From an uncultured delta proteobacterium (GTDB lineage: Bacteria; Desulfobacterota; Binatia; Binatales; Binataceae): a DNA stretch of 64,000 nt. Where the stretch lies: positions 320,001 to 384,000 of the forward strand of contig CAVQEQ010000004.1 of the NCBI GenBank assembly GCA_963711565.1, given 5' to 3'. Shown piece after piece: positions 29,278 to 38,944 of the stretch; within the stretch, counting starts at the first letter, position 1, and every line of letters starts with the position of its first letter. Position numbers and translations under genes: made by a program. Below the pieces are notes generated by a model that worked only from the letters and a program-made list of their open reading frames with translations, was not told where the DNA came from and did no database searches.

Positions 29278-30633
29278 ATGAATTCGCAAGTGTTCCGCGA
29301 GTACGACATCCGCGGCATCGTCGCCGACGATTTCGACGACGCCTTCGTGGTCGACCTCGGACGCGGCTACGCCACGCTGCTGCATCAGGCTGGGAAAAAA
29401 ACGATCACGCTCGGCCGCGATTGCCGCCTGTCGTCGGACCGCTTGCGCGATCGGCTCGCCGAGGGCCTGCTGGCCGCCGGCATCGACGTGGTTGATATCG
29501 GCGTGGTGCCGACTCCGCTGCTTTATTTTTCGATGCTGAGCTGGAAGATGGACGGCGGCGCGATGATCACCGGCAGCCACAACGCGGCCGAGTACAACGG
29601 CTTCAAGCTCGGCGTCGGCCCGACCACGATTCACGGCGCCGAGATTCAGCGCCTGCGCGAAATAATCGAGCGCCGCGCGTTCGTCACCACCGGCGTGAAA
29701 GGCGTCTTCACCGAGCGCCCGGTGATTCCCGACTACAACGATTTCATCATGTCGCAGTTCAAGCTCACGCCGGGGATGAAGGTAGTCGTCGATGGAGGCA
29801 ACGGATGCGGCGGCGTGATCGCGGCGCCGCTGATGAAGCGGCTCGGGCTCGACACGATTGAGCTCTATACCGAGATGGACGGGCGCTTCCCGAACCATCA
29901 TCCCGACCCGACCGTCGAGGAGAACATGCGCGATCTGGTCGCGGCGGTGAAGAAAAACCGCGCGGCGATCGGTATCGCGTATGACGGCGACGCCGACCGC
30001 GTCGGTGCCGTGGACGAGAACGGAAAGATCGTGTGGGGCGACGAGTTGATGGTGGCGTTCTCGCGCGCGATTCTGCGCGAGCGTCCCGGCGCGACGATTA
30101 TCGGCGAAGTGAAATGCTCGAAGCGGATGTACGACGACATCGCGCGCCACGGCGGCCGCCCGATCATGTGGAAGACCGGGCATTCGCTCATCAAGAGCAA
30201 GTTGAAGGAGGAGCACGCGGCGCTGGCGGGCGAGATGAGCGGGCACATGTTTTTCGCCGACCGCTACTACGGCTTCGACGACGCCATCTACGCCTCGTTC
30301 CGCCTGCTGGAAATTCTGAGCAACGAGGGTCGCGGCCTTGGCGCGATCCTGGCCGATCTTCCCGCGAGTCATATCACGCCGGAGATCCGCGTCGATTGTC
30401 CCGACGATCGCAAATTCGATGTGGTGCGGCGCGCGGCCGAATTTTTCCGCAAGCACTACGAGGTTATCGACATCGACGGCGTGCGCGTGAACTTCGCCGA
30501 CGGATGGGGTCTTGTGCGCGCGTCCAACACGCAGCCAGCGCTGGTCACGCGTTTCGAGGCGACCAGCGAAAAGCGCCTGGCCGAAATCCGCGCGCTGTTC
30601 GAGGGCAAACTGCGCGAACTCGGCGCGATCTGA
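29278..30633 (+). CDS. Phosphomannomutase/phosphoglucomutase (AlgC-like)
   Basis: FREYDIRG, TGSHN, FPNHHPDP, DGDADR, GEMSGH, RASNT. Confidence 0.95.
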   Translation: MNSQVFREYDIRGIVADDFDDAFVVDLGRGYATLLHQAGKKTITLGRDCRLSSDRLRDRLAEGLLAAGIDVVDIGVVPTPLLYFSMLSWKMDGGAMITGSHNAAEYNGFKLGVGPTTIHGAEIQRLREIIERRAFVTTGVKGVFTERPVIPDYNDFIMSQFKLTPGMKVVVDGGNGCGGVIAAPLMKRLGLDTIELYTEMDGRFPNHHPDPTVEENMRDLVAAVKKNRAAIGIAYDGDADRVGAVDENGKIVWGDELMVAFSRAILRERPGATIIGEVKCSKRMYDDIARHGGRPIMWKTGHSLIKSKLKEEHAALAGEMSGHMFFADRYYGFDDAIYASFRLLEILSNEGRGLGAILADLPASHITPEIRVDCPDDRKFDVVRRAAEFFRKHYEVIDIDGVRVNFADGWGLVRASNTQPALVTRFEATSEKRLAEIRALFEGKLRELGAI

Positions 30634-30637
30634 CGCG

Positions 30638-31705
30638 ATGGCTCGACGTTCCGCGCCGGTTCTCGCCTCCGTCCTGATTATCGCCGGCGGCCGTGGCACC
30701 CGCTTCTGGCCGGCGAGCCGCGAAGCGAAGCCCAAGCCTCTCTTTTCGATCGACGGCAAGACCAGCCTGCTCGAGGGCACCATCGCTCGTCACCTGCCGC
30801 TCATCCCGCGCGAGCGAATTTTCGTGCTGGCCGCGGCGGCGCACCAGGCGCCATTTCGCCGCGCGCTACGCGGCCTGATCCCCGCGCGCAATCTGATCGT
30901 CGAGCCCGAGGGCCGCAACACCGCTGTCGCGATCGCATACGGTGCCGCCGTTATCCGGCGTCGCCTCGGCGAAGGAATTATTGCTGCGGTCGCGGCCGAT
31001 CACTACATCACGCCCGCGGCGGGATATCGCCGCACTCTCGCCGACGCGATCCGGCTCGCCAAAACGCGCGACGCGATTGTAGTGATTGGAGTGACGCCGA
31101 CCCGGGCCGAATCCGGTTACGGCTACGAGAAGATCGGCCCGAAGGCGGAAGTCGGATTCAAAGTTGAAAAATTCGTGGAGAAGCCCCCGCCCAAACTTGC
31201 CCGGGCGATGGTGCGATCGGGAAAGTACCTCTGGAACCCCTCGATGTTTATTATGTCCACGCGCACCCTGGCGCACGAATTCGCCGAGCATTGTCCCGCA
31301 CTGGGGATCGCAGCCGAGCGCCTTGCGCGGACGCCGCGCGTCAGGCTCGCGCGTGAATATCACCGCCTCAAGTTCGATTCGTTTGATCGCGTGATCATGG
31401 AAAAGAGCCAAAATGTGTTCGGCGTACCCGCGCGCTTCTCATGGTACGACGTTGGATCCTGGCACGGGCTCTGGGACGCGGTCGGCGGCGCCGATGGCAA
31501 CGTGCTGCGCGGCAAGGCGATCGCGCTCGAGTCCGAACGCGTGCTTGCGCATTCGGATTCGCGCCTGATGGTGCTGTTCGGCGTGCGCGATCTAATCGTC
31601 GTCGATACGGGTGACGCGATCCTGGTGGCGCATCGCGAGCGCTCGCCTCAGGTCGGGGATGTTACCAAAGAGCTCGAGCGCCGGGGATTGCAGCGCTACC
31701 TGTAG
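30638..31705 (+). CDS. manC: Mannose-1-phosphate guanylyltransferase
   Basis: AGGRGTRFWPASR..KPK, EPEGRNTA, ADH, FVEKP, WYDVGSW. Confidence 0.9.
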   Translation: MARRSAPVLASVLIIAGGRGTRFWPASREAKPKPLFSIDGKTSLLEGTIARHLPLIPRERIFVLAAAAHQAPFRRALRGLIPARNLIVEPEGRNTAVAIAYGAAVIRRRLGEGIIAAVAADHYITPAAGYRRTLADAIRLAKTRDAIVVIGVTPTRAESGYGYEKIGPKAEVGFKVEKFVEKPPPKLARAMVRSGKYLWNPSMFIMSTRTLAHEFAEHCPALGIAAERLARTPRVRLAREYHRLKFDSFDRVIMEKSQNVFGVPARFSWYDVGSWHGLWDAVGGADGNVLRGKAIALESERVLAHSDSRLMVLFGVRDLIVVDTGDAILVAHRERSPQVGDVTKELERRGLQRYL

Positions 31706-32176
31706 TCAGTCGAGCGCCAGCGCGTCGCACTTCATCGCGAGGTGACGCAGCTCGCTTTCGTGATCGTCATCTTCAATCGAAAGTTGACGCAGTTTGCCCA
31801 CGATGTCCTCGTCGATCGATTCCCACTTCATTGCATTGAGTCGCAGGTCGGACGCGAGCGCGGCCAGGACCGCCAGGTCGCCGCTGAGGCGCTCCCAGTT
31901 GTTCGAGCCGTCATGCAGCGCGGCTTCCGGCAATTTCGACCAGACGTTGTGCTCGGCGAGAATCGAGTGGAGCGCCTTGACGTGCACGGCTTCCTTTTCG
32001 GCGAGCGCCTCGACCCCCGGCTTGATACTCGCGCCCGTGAGCGCGGCGTGCCGCTTCAGGCGCTCGACCAGCCCCTGGTTGCGCCCGGCGATCACCGCCA
32101 ACTCCTCGAGCAATTCCGCTCGCGCCGAAACCGCCGGCGTAAATAATTTCTGAAAAAATCCCATACCTGTAGCCAT
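31706..32176 (-). CDS. Hypothetical helical protein, ferritin-like
   Basis: Helical; EAVH and EDDDH motifs spaced as in four-helix bundles. Confidence 0.55.
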   Translation of the reverse strand: MATGMGFFQKLFTPAVSARAELLEELAVIAGRNQGLVERLKRHAALTGASIKPGVEALAEKEAVHVKALHSILAEHNVWSKLPEAALHDGSNNWERLSGDLAVLAALASDLRLNAMKWESIDEDIVGKLRQLSIEDDDHESELRHLAMKCDALALD

Positions 32177-32268
32177 CTCTCCCACCCGACGCGCGTTGTT
32201 GTTATGCAAACGCGTGGCGCGTCGCGACAATAGCTATCGGCATCGAAGGCGCCGCTGTCAAGGGACTG

Positions 32269-32820
32269 CTAGGAGTTGAACAGCGCGCGTACCAGCGACG
32301 ATTCGCGCCGGAAGAATCCTTGCGTGTGGTATGAATCCTCGAGCCGCAGCAGCGCGTAATCAAGGTAGTGCCCGATTTCATGCATCAAGGTGCGCACGAA
32401 GGTCTTCGGCTTGACCACGTCGTGCCGCTGCGCCGTCCGCATCCAGAGCACGATATACGGCTGCCGGCGCATCCGCGGATCGTAAGGATAGAACAGCCCG
32501 TGCAGCTCGCCGCGCGTGTTGCGAGGGCGTACGCCGCGAACCTCGACGATAACCGGCGGAGTCGCGAGGCCCCGGCAAATATCGCCGGTCAGCGCACGTG
32601 CGCAAGTGGCCGTGGCAGCGAGGTTGCCGCTCTCGAGCACGCGCATCAGGGCGTCGAGCGAGTTGCGCGCGGCAACGTTGGGAACAAAATCGAAACGCTC
32701 GACGCTGTCGCTCTTCAGATAAGTTCGCTGAGCGCGCGAAGAGAGCCGATAAAAATATGCCGGCAGCCGCGTCTCGGAATTTGTGCGAAGTGTCAGGCCG
32801 GTAGCCACCACAGCCTCCAT
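32269..32820 (-). CDS. HExxH zinc metallopeptidase-like protein (SprT/WLM-like)
   Basis: TLMHEIGHYLD followed by SYHTQGF. Confidence 0.7.
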   Translation of the reverse strand: MEAVVATGLTLRTNSETRLPAYFYRLSSRAQRTYLKSDSVERFDFVPNVAARNSLDALMRVLESGNLAATATCARALTGDICRGLATPPVIVEVRGVRPRNTRGELHGLFYPYDPRMRRQPYIVLWMRTAQRHDVVKPKTFVRTLMHEIGHYLDYALLRLEDSYHTQGFFRRESSLVRALFNS

Positions 32821-32892
32821 TGCCGGATACTCACTTCCGGCGCCGCATCCACGAAAGTATCATCCGCGCAATAGTCACTAGGGGCAAGCACT

Positions 32893-33375
32893 ATGCAACT
32901 GAGTATTGTCGAAATCGCGAAACCCGCCGACACCAACATCATCGTCGGCCAGTCGCACTTCATCAAAACCGTCGAGGACGTTTACGAAGTGCTGGTGCAA
33001 GCGGTGCCTGGCATCAAGTTCGGGCTGGCCTTCTGCGAGGCGTCGGGCCCATGCCTGATTCGGCACACGGGCACCGACGCTGCGCTCGAACAGTCGGCGG
33101 TCGAGGCGGCATCGGCGATCGGGGCAGGGCACGTGTTCGTGGTGATTCTTGGCAACGCATTCCCGGTCAACGTGCTCAATCCGATCAAGTCGGTGAGCGA
33201 AGTGTGTACGATCTTTTGCGCGACGGCGAATCCGCTGCGCGTGATCGTCGCCGAGGACGGCGGCGGACGCGGCGTCGTCGGCGTAATCGACGGCAGTTCG
33301 CCCAAGGGCGTCGAGGGCGCGAGCGATCAGGCGGATCGGCACGCGATGCTGCGGCGATTCGGCTACAAAAAGTGA
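32893..33375 (+). CDS. Adenosine-specific kinase family (DUF355)
   Basis: GQSHFIKTVED, FCEASGPCL, CATANP, GVIDG, LRRFGYK. Confidence 0.9.
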   Translation: MQLSIVEIAKPADTNIIVGQSHFIKTVEDVYEVLVQAVPGIKFGLAFCEASGPCLIRHTGTDAALEQSAVEAASAIGAGHVFVVILGNAFPVNVLNPIKSVSEVCTIFCATANPLRVIVAEDGGGRGVVGVIDGSSPKGVEGASDQADRHAMLRRFGYKK

Positions 33376-33433
33376 CGCGGATAGATCAGGTATCGAGGTG
33401 AGGCTAACCTTGTAGAAGAGGTTAGCGACGCTG

Positions 33434-35899
33434 ATGGGCGGTGGACGGCAAGCGCCAACAAAAGCGAAAGCGAATCCGGCGAAGCAGAAGCGCCGCGAGT
33501 GGCGAATCCGCGGATGGCGCGTGCGCAATCTCGCCGCCGGCGGATTCCTGCTCGTATTCTTCGCGCTCGGCTTCTATCTCGCGCAACTCTACGGCGAGAT
33601 CTCCGCGCTGATCGAGCAGCGCCGCGCCGCGATGACCTCCGCGATCTTCTCCGCGCCCTTTCCGATTGTCGCCGGCGACGATCTCGATCGCAGTGGATTA
33701 CTGGATCGCCTAGCGCAGTTGAGTTATTCGCAAGTGCCGTCGGCCAATTCCGCCGGCGAGTACACTCGGGCGCCGCGCGCGCTCGCGATTTACCTGCGCT
33801 CATTTTACGTCGGCGCGAAAGAATATCCGTCCGAGATGGTGCGCGTGAGCCTCGACGGTACGCGAATCACGGGCGTCGCCGATTCGTTCGGCGTCGCCAA
33901 GTCCGACGCGATGCTCGAGCCTGAAGTGATCGGCCGTCTCCTGCCCGGCGCGCCCGCCGAACGCGTCGAGGTGCAACTGGGTGACCTGAAGCCGTTCCTG
34001 GTCAAGGGACTGCTTGCCAACGAGGATCGTTTTTTCTACTACCATCCGGGAATCGATCCGATCCGCATCGTCGAGGCTGCCATCGCCGACCTGCGCGCGC
34101 ATCGCCTCGTCGAGGGCGCCAGCACTCTCACCCAGCAACTCGCGCGGACCTTCATGGAGCGCCGCGAGCGCAGCTTCAGCCGCAAGCTCCGCGAGCTCGC
34201 CGTCGCCGTGGTGCTCGAGATTCGGCTGAAGAAGGACGAAATCCTCGAACGCTACATCAACGACGTCCCGATGGGCGAGTACGACGGCACGCCGATCGAC
34301 GGGATGCCGCAGGCGGCGCGATATTTTTTCAACAAGGACCTGTCCGAGGTGACGCCCGCGGAAGCGGCGACGCTGATCGGAATGATCCAGGCGCCGACGC
34401 TCTATGACCCGCGCCGCCATCCCGATACCTGCCGCAAGCGCCGCAACGTCGTGCTCGGCGTGATGAAGCATGCGGGCGTGATCGACGACGCAACTTACGC
34501 CACTGCGCTCGCGACGCCGATTCAAATCACCAAGCCGCCCGGACTCCGCCGCGCGCCGTATTTCACCGACTACGTGACCGCGTTCGTGAACCGGATTCCC
34601 GGCTTCGACGGCCATCTCGAGGGACTCAAGGTTTACACGACGCTCGACACCGAACTGCAGGCCGACGCCGTCGACGCGGTCACCGACAATATCGCGCAGC
34701 TCGAAAAGAACCATCGCCGCCTGCGCCGTACGAAGACTGACGAGAAGCTGCAGACCTCGATGGTCGCGCTCGACGCCAACACCGGGGCGATTCGCGCGAT
34801 GATCGGCGGGCGCGACTACTCTGAGAGCCAGTTCAATCGCGCCGCGAACGCCGAGCGCCAGCCCGGCTCCGCGTTCAAGCCAATCGTTTACCTCGCCGCA
34901 CTCGATCCCGATCGCGCGCCGTTCTCGCCGCCGCTCACGCTCGCGTCCATTCTCCCCGACGAGCCGATTACGTTCCCCGACGGATGGAGCCCCGCGAACT
35001 ACGAGCGCACCTATCAGCCGCAGGTGACCGTCGTGCAGGCGCTGTACGAATCGCTCAACGTGCCGACCGCGTACGTCGGCAGCAAGCTCGGTCCCGCGAC
35101 AATCGTGAAAACGGCGCACGAGATGGGCATCCACGAGGATCTCCAGGCGTACCTGCCGATTTCGATCGGCGCCGATGAGACCACGCTGCTCGAGCTCACT
35201 TCCGCGTACCAGGTTTTTGCGACCGAGGGTCTGCAATCGCCGCCGTACGCGGTCGAGGCGGTCGTCGATGCCAAGGGCCATCAGGTTTACCTTCACGAGG
35301 ACCAAGAGAACCGCGTGATCCGTCCCAGTGTCGCATATCTCATCACGGGCGCTCTCAAAGCCGTCCTGCGCTATGGAACCGGTGCGAGCGCGGGCCGCCT
35401 CGGCCTGGATTTTCCGGCGGCGGGCAAGACCGGTACGACCCAGGATTACAAGGACGCGTACTTCATCGGCTATACACCCGCGATCGTTTGCGGCGTCTGG
35501 GTCGGCTTCGACCAGCCCGAGAGCCTCGGCCTGACCGGCGCGCAGGCCGCGCTGCCGGCATGGGTTCAGTTCATGCAGGATGCGGCGCCGGCTGATCCTG
35601 AGGACTTCCCCGAGCCGTCGGGCATCACGATGGCGACGATCGATCCCGAGTCGGGCGGTCTCGCGACCCCGGCATGCCCGAAGCAAGTCTCTCTGCCGTT
35701 CCTGATCGGCACCGAGCCGACGCAGATGTGCCCGCTGCACGGCGGAATTTTCGCGAGCGCTCCTGCCGCCGCGCCAGTGTCCGCGACGATGCCGCCGCCA
35801 CCGTCTGCGCCGCCGCAACCGGTCGCCTCAGCGAGCCCGTCCTCATCTGATGTATTTGGCGCAGTAGGAAAATTCTTTACCAACCTCTTCCATCACTAG
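33434..35899 (+). CDS. Class A penicillin-binding protein (PBP1B-like)
   Basis: TM anchor, EDRFF, GASTLTQQ, RKLRE, QPGSAFKP, SLN, KTGT. Confidence 0.94.
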   Translation: MGGGRQAPTKAKANPAKQKRREWRIRGWRVRNLAAGGFLLVFFALGFYLAQLYGEISALIEQRRAAMTSAIFSAPFPIVAGDDLDRSGLLDRLAQLSYSQVPSANSAGEYTRAPRALAIYLRSFYVGAKEYPSEMVRVSLDGTRITGVADSFGVAKSDAMLEPEVIGRLLPGAPAERVEVQLGDLKPFLVKGLLANEDRFFYYHPGIDPIRIVEAAIADLRAHRLVEGASTLTQQLARTFMERRERSFSRKLRELAVAVVLEIRLKKDEILERYINDVPMGEYDGTPIDGMPQAARYFFNKDLSEVTPAEAATLIGMIQAPTLYDPRRHPDTCRKRRNVVLGVMKHAGVIDDATYATALATPIQITKPPGLRRAPYFTDYVTAFVNRIPGFDGHLEGLKVYTTLDTELQADAVDAVTDNIAQLEKNHRRLRRTKTDEKLQTSMVALDANTGAIRAMIGGRDYSESQFNRAANAERQPGSAFKPIVYLAALDPDRAPFSPPLTLASILPDEPITFPDGWSPANYERTYQPQVTVVQALYESLNVPTAYVGSKLGPATIVKTAHEMGIHEDLQAYLPISIGADETTLLELTSAYQVFATEGLQSPPYAVEAVVDAKGHQVYLHEDQENRVIRPSVAYLITGALKAVLRYGTGASAGRLGLDFPAAGKTGTTQDYKDAYFIGYTPAIVCGVWVGFDQPESLGLTGAQAALPAWVQFMQDAAPADPEDFPEPSGITMATIDPESGGLATPACPKQVSLPFLIGTEPTQMCPLHGGIFASAPAAAPVSATMPPPPSAPPQPVASASPSSSDVFGAVGKFFTNLFHH

Positions 35900-35909
35900 C
35901 CGCCTCTTA

Positions 35910-35952
35910 CCTCTCCCCCGGGAGAGGACGCGCCTCCAGCGCGGGTGAGGGC
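35910..35952 (+). repeat. Palindromic element related to family B
   Basis: CCTCTCCC-CC-GGGAGAGG...GGGTGAGGGC: pyrimidine/purine hairpin plus G-rich tail. Confidence 0.55.
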
Positions 35953-36067
35953 GCCTTCATCGTGCTCGATTTCGGACAAGTAACTCTGCCGTGAAACTAT
36001 TTCGCCCGAAATTCGTCTAATCCCCGCACCTCTAATCACGTATAATGAGCTTTGGAGCCGGGCTCGT

Positions 36068-37468
36068 TTGCAGAAGTATCCAGAAACCACCCCACGACGG
36101 GTGCGGACCGCTCTCGCAGCGCTGAGCGTCGCCGGATTGATCGGCCTGCTCGCGGCCAGCGGATGCATCAACGGCGTGAGTGTCGATTCGTCGCCTCAAG
36201 ATTCGGCCGCAAGCGCACCTCCGGCGCGCGCGCACAAGGTTGCAGTTCAAAATATCAAGCCCGCGATTCCCGTCGCCGGTGACGTGCTGATCGCGGGCGG
36301 CGCCGACGCTTCGAATCAAAGCATCGCGGCCGCCGAATTTTTCGATCCCTCCTCGGGCCAGTTCCTCCCGACCGGAACCGCGGCGTCGAGTCGCGCAGCC
36401 GCGGCGGCCGAGGCCCTTTCGCCCACCCAGGTTCTGCTCGCAGGCGGCTTCAGCGGCACCGCCACGATTAAGAATTTTTCGCTCGATCTCGAAGGTAGCG
36501 TGCTGGCCGGCGCGGAAACATTTGACGAGACCACCGGCGCATTCTCGCCCGTAGCCGAGATGACCACGCCGCGGATGGGTTTCACCGCGACTGAGCTGAA
36601 CAACGGCAAGGTCCTCGTCGCCGGCGGACTCGACAATCGCGACAACGTCCTCGACACCGCGGAGCTATACGATCCCGTCGCGCGCAAGTTCGTCGCGGTC
36701 GCCGGAGCGATGAGCGATCGGCGGATGTTTGACACAGCGACGCTCCTGCTAAGCGGCAAGGTGCTCATCACCGGCGGCGCGATTAATCTTTCCGGCGATA
36801 CCACCAACTCCGCCGACCTCTACGACCCCGCCTCGAACTCGTTCACGCCCGCGATCTTTCCGATGGACCATCAGCGCGCCGCGCATACCGCGACGCTGTT
36901 CACTACCGGCCCGATGGCTGGCAAGGTGCTGATTACCGGCGGCGTCGGCGGCTCGAGCTTTTTCTTCAAGGACAGCAGCGCCGAACTTTACGATCCCGCC
37001 TCGCAGGAATTCACCCTGCTCCCGAGCTTTATGAACGAGCCGCGCTCGATGCATACCGCGACGCTGCTCGACGACGGTGACGTGCTGATCGCGGGCGGCT
37101 TCAGCGGCACGGTGGCGGTCACGGGCGGGATGCTGTCGGGAGCATCGGGACTGATCAGCAATTCGGCTGAGACGTTCGACCCGAACACCGGCGATTTCAC
37201 CTGCGTCGGCGGGTTCAACAACGACACGCTGCGATGCAATCAGTCGATGACCATCGCGCGCGCGGCGCATACCGCAACTCTCCTCGCGACCGGCCCGACT
37301 CCCCATCGCGTTCTGATTGCCGGCGGAATCGGAGCTGCCGATCCCGCCGCTCACGGCGTCGAACTCAACAGCGCGGAGCTATTCAATCCCGCGGGTGGCG
37401 GCAGCTTCACCGCGACGGCCGCGATGTCCGCGGCGCACGCCCTCCACACCGCAACGCTACTGCACTAA
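36068..37468 (+). CDS. Kelch/galactose-oxidase beta-propeller protein, probable lipoprotein; start uncertain
   Basis: About 7 repeats of R..HTATLL..GKVLI.GG....AELYDP; LAASGC lipobox. Confidence 0.9.
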   Translation: MQKYPETTPRRVRTALAALSVAGLIGLLAASGCINGVSVDSSPQDSAASAPPARAHKVAVQNIKPAIPVAGDVLIAGGADASNQSIAAAEFFDPSSGQFLPTGTAASSRAAAAAEALSPTQVLLAGGFSGTATIKNFSLDLEGSVLAGAETFDETTGAFSPVAEMTTPRMGFTATELNNGKVLVAGGLDNRDNVLDTAELYDPVARKFVAVAGAMSDRRMFDTATLLLSGKVLITGGAINLSGDTTNSADLYDPASNSFTPAIFPMDHQRAAHTATLFTTGPMAGKVLITGGVGGSSFFFKDSSAELYDPASQEFTLLPSFMNEPRSMHTATLLDDGDVLIAGGFSGTVAVTGGMLSGASGLISNSAETFDPNTGDFTCVGGFNNDTLRCNQSMTIARAAHTATLLATGPTPHRVLIAGGIGAADPAAHGVELNSAELFNPAGGGSFTATAAMSAAHALHTATLLH

Positions 37469-38328
37469 TCGAGCGGTTCATCCGCATCTGGTTCGACGCC
37501 GTCCACTTCGACTGAGTCGGTGGCGACGAAAGTCTCTCGCGGATGCGACCCATCCGCCACCAGCTTGCGCGACACGATGATAAACGCCGAATGCGCGATC
37601 ATCCTGAAATGCGGCCGCACGCTCATTCCCTTGACCTGCCAATGGCGCAGCAGCGTCTCGAAACTTTCGATCTCGCCGAAATCACTCCGCGCCTGGATCG
37701 CCTCGACCGTATCCTTCAGCTGCACCGCCGTCGGCACGTAGCAAACCAGCACCGCGCCGGGCCGAAGCGCCGATGCGGCGACAGCGAGCGCGCGCCCCGG
37801 CTCCGCCAGATCGAGAAACATCCGATCGACGCCGGTCTCGTCGAAGCCCGCGTAAAGGTCGCGCACCTTGATCGTCCAGTTGGGCGCGTCGCCGAAAAAC
37901 GCCGCCACGTTCTTGCGCGCGGCGTCGGCAAAATCCTCGCGCAGCTCGTACGAGATCACGCACCCAGCCGGCCCGACCGCTCTCAGCAGCGCAATCGTCA
38001 GCGCACCCGCGCCCGTGCCGCCTTCAATCACCGTGGCGCCCGGAAACACGTCGCCCCAAATCAGCAGCGGCCCGGTGTCCTTGGGATAAATCACCTGCGA
38101 CGCGCGCGGCAGATGCGGGATCAAGTCCGCATACGTCGGCCGCAGCACCAGGAACGCCTCGCCGGTCGAGAACTTGACCCGCGATCCTTCCTCGACGCCG
38201 AACAAATCGTCGGCGCGCAGCTCGCCGCGGATGAGCAATTTCTTGCCCGCCCGCAGCATCTTCATATAGCGCCGCCCCTTCCGATCGATAAAAATTACGG
38301 CGTCATTTTCTTTAAGTCGCGAGTCCAA
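37465..38328 (-). CDS. trmI: tRNA (adenine-58-N1)-methyltransferase
   Basis: LRPT, QVIYPKD, EGGTGAGALT, SYELRED, FLDL, VRP..RMIAHSAF. Confidence 0.9.
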   Translation of the reverse strand: MDSRLKENDAVIFIDRKGRRYMKMLRAGKKLLIRGELRADDLFGVEEGSRVKFSTGEAFLVLRPTYADLIPHLPRASQVIYPKDTGPLLIWGDVFPGATVIEGGTGAGALTIALLRAVGPAGCVISYELREDFADAARKNVAAFFGDAPNWTIKVRDLYAGFDETGVDRMFLDLAEPGRALAVAASALRPGAVLVCYVPTAVQLKDTVEAIQARSDFGEIESFETLLRHWQVKGMSVRPHFRMIAHSAFIIVSRKLVADGSHPRETFVATDSVEVDGVEPDADEPLD

Positions 38329-38376
38329 GATCCTCCAACGCTTGCACGCATCGCGCGCGCGGGCAACACGGCGGGC

Positions 38377-38456
38377 GATTCACTCTATCTAACGTGGAAC
38401 CCACCGTGGGTTTCACGCTTCCCTGGGCAGCGTGACCGGGTGACCCCTGCACCCAA
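38377..38456 (-). repeat. Repeat family A copy (minus strand)
   Basis: Reverse complement: TGGGTGCAGGGGTCACCC...GGAAGCGTGAAACCCACGGTGGGTTCCACGTTAGATAGAGTGAATC. Confidence 0.85.
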
Positions 38457-38493
38457 TGAAAAAAAACTTCTAACAGGGGCGAAGCCCCGCATC

Positions 38494-38583
38494 TTCTCTT
38501 TTCTCTTAATGCTGGGTGCGGGGGTCACCCCTGCCGCGGAAGTTTGAAACCCGCGAAGGGTTTCAAATCAAAATAAAGTGATT
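38494..38583 (+). repeat. Repeat family A copy (plus strand, back-to-back with the previous copy)
   Basis: CTGGGTGCGGGGGTCACCCCTGCC..GGAAGTTTGAAACCCGCGAAGGGTTTCAAATCAAAATAAAGTGATT. Confidence 0.88.
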
Positions 38584-38608
38584 CCCCCTTCGCGCGCCTT
38601 ACAGCCTA

Positions 38609-38637
38609 TTGACTATCCAACTCTCCGACCTTACCTT
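38609..38637 (+). promoter_or_regulatory. Putative sigma-70 promoter of the Zn-ribbon/secF unit
   Basis: TTGACT-N17-TACCTT. Confidence 0.55.
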
Positions 38638-38753
38638 TGAGAATGCACCCGGCCAGATGGTAGCATCCAGTGGCCGGGTCGTTTTGCGTAATCGTTGATC
38701 CGATTCCAACTCGCTTCGCGAGCCGTTAATCCAAATCGAGAGCATTCCACGTC

Positions 38754-38924
38754 ATGGCAGAGAAAAAGGCAAAGACCGCTGAGAAAAACGCGGGCATCCA
38801 GCAGAAACACATCTGTCCCAGTTGCGGCGCCGAGAGCAAGGTGACCAAGTTCGCCGGCTTCGGCCGCAAGGGCTTCTACCTCGTCTGCGAGAAGGCCTGC
38901 GGCTTCGTCGGACGCACGCGCTAG
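38754..38924 (+). CDS. Small basic zinc-ribbon protein (56 aa; absent from the ORF track)
   Basis: MAEKKAKTAEKNAGIQQKHICPSCGAESKVTKFAGFGRKGFYLVCEKACGFVGRTR; GC-typical codons. Confidence 0.75.
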   Translation: MAEKKAKTAEKNAGIQQKHICPSCGAESKVTKFAGFGRKGFYLVCEKACGFVGRTR

Positions 38925-38944
38925 GCGCGCAGGGGGACCACGCG

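Noticed and set aside
33800-35818. Long antisense ORFs (also 1502-2488, 29227-30783, 51987-53489 and others)
   Set aside because: Shadows of well-supported genes, expected in high-GC DNA; no recognisable motifs.
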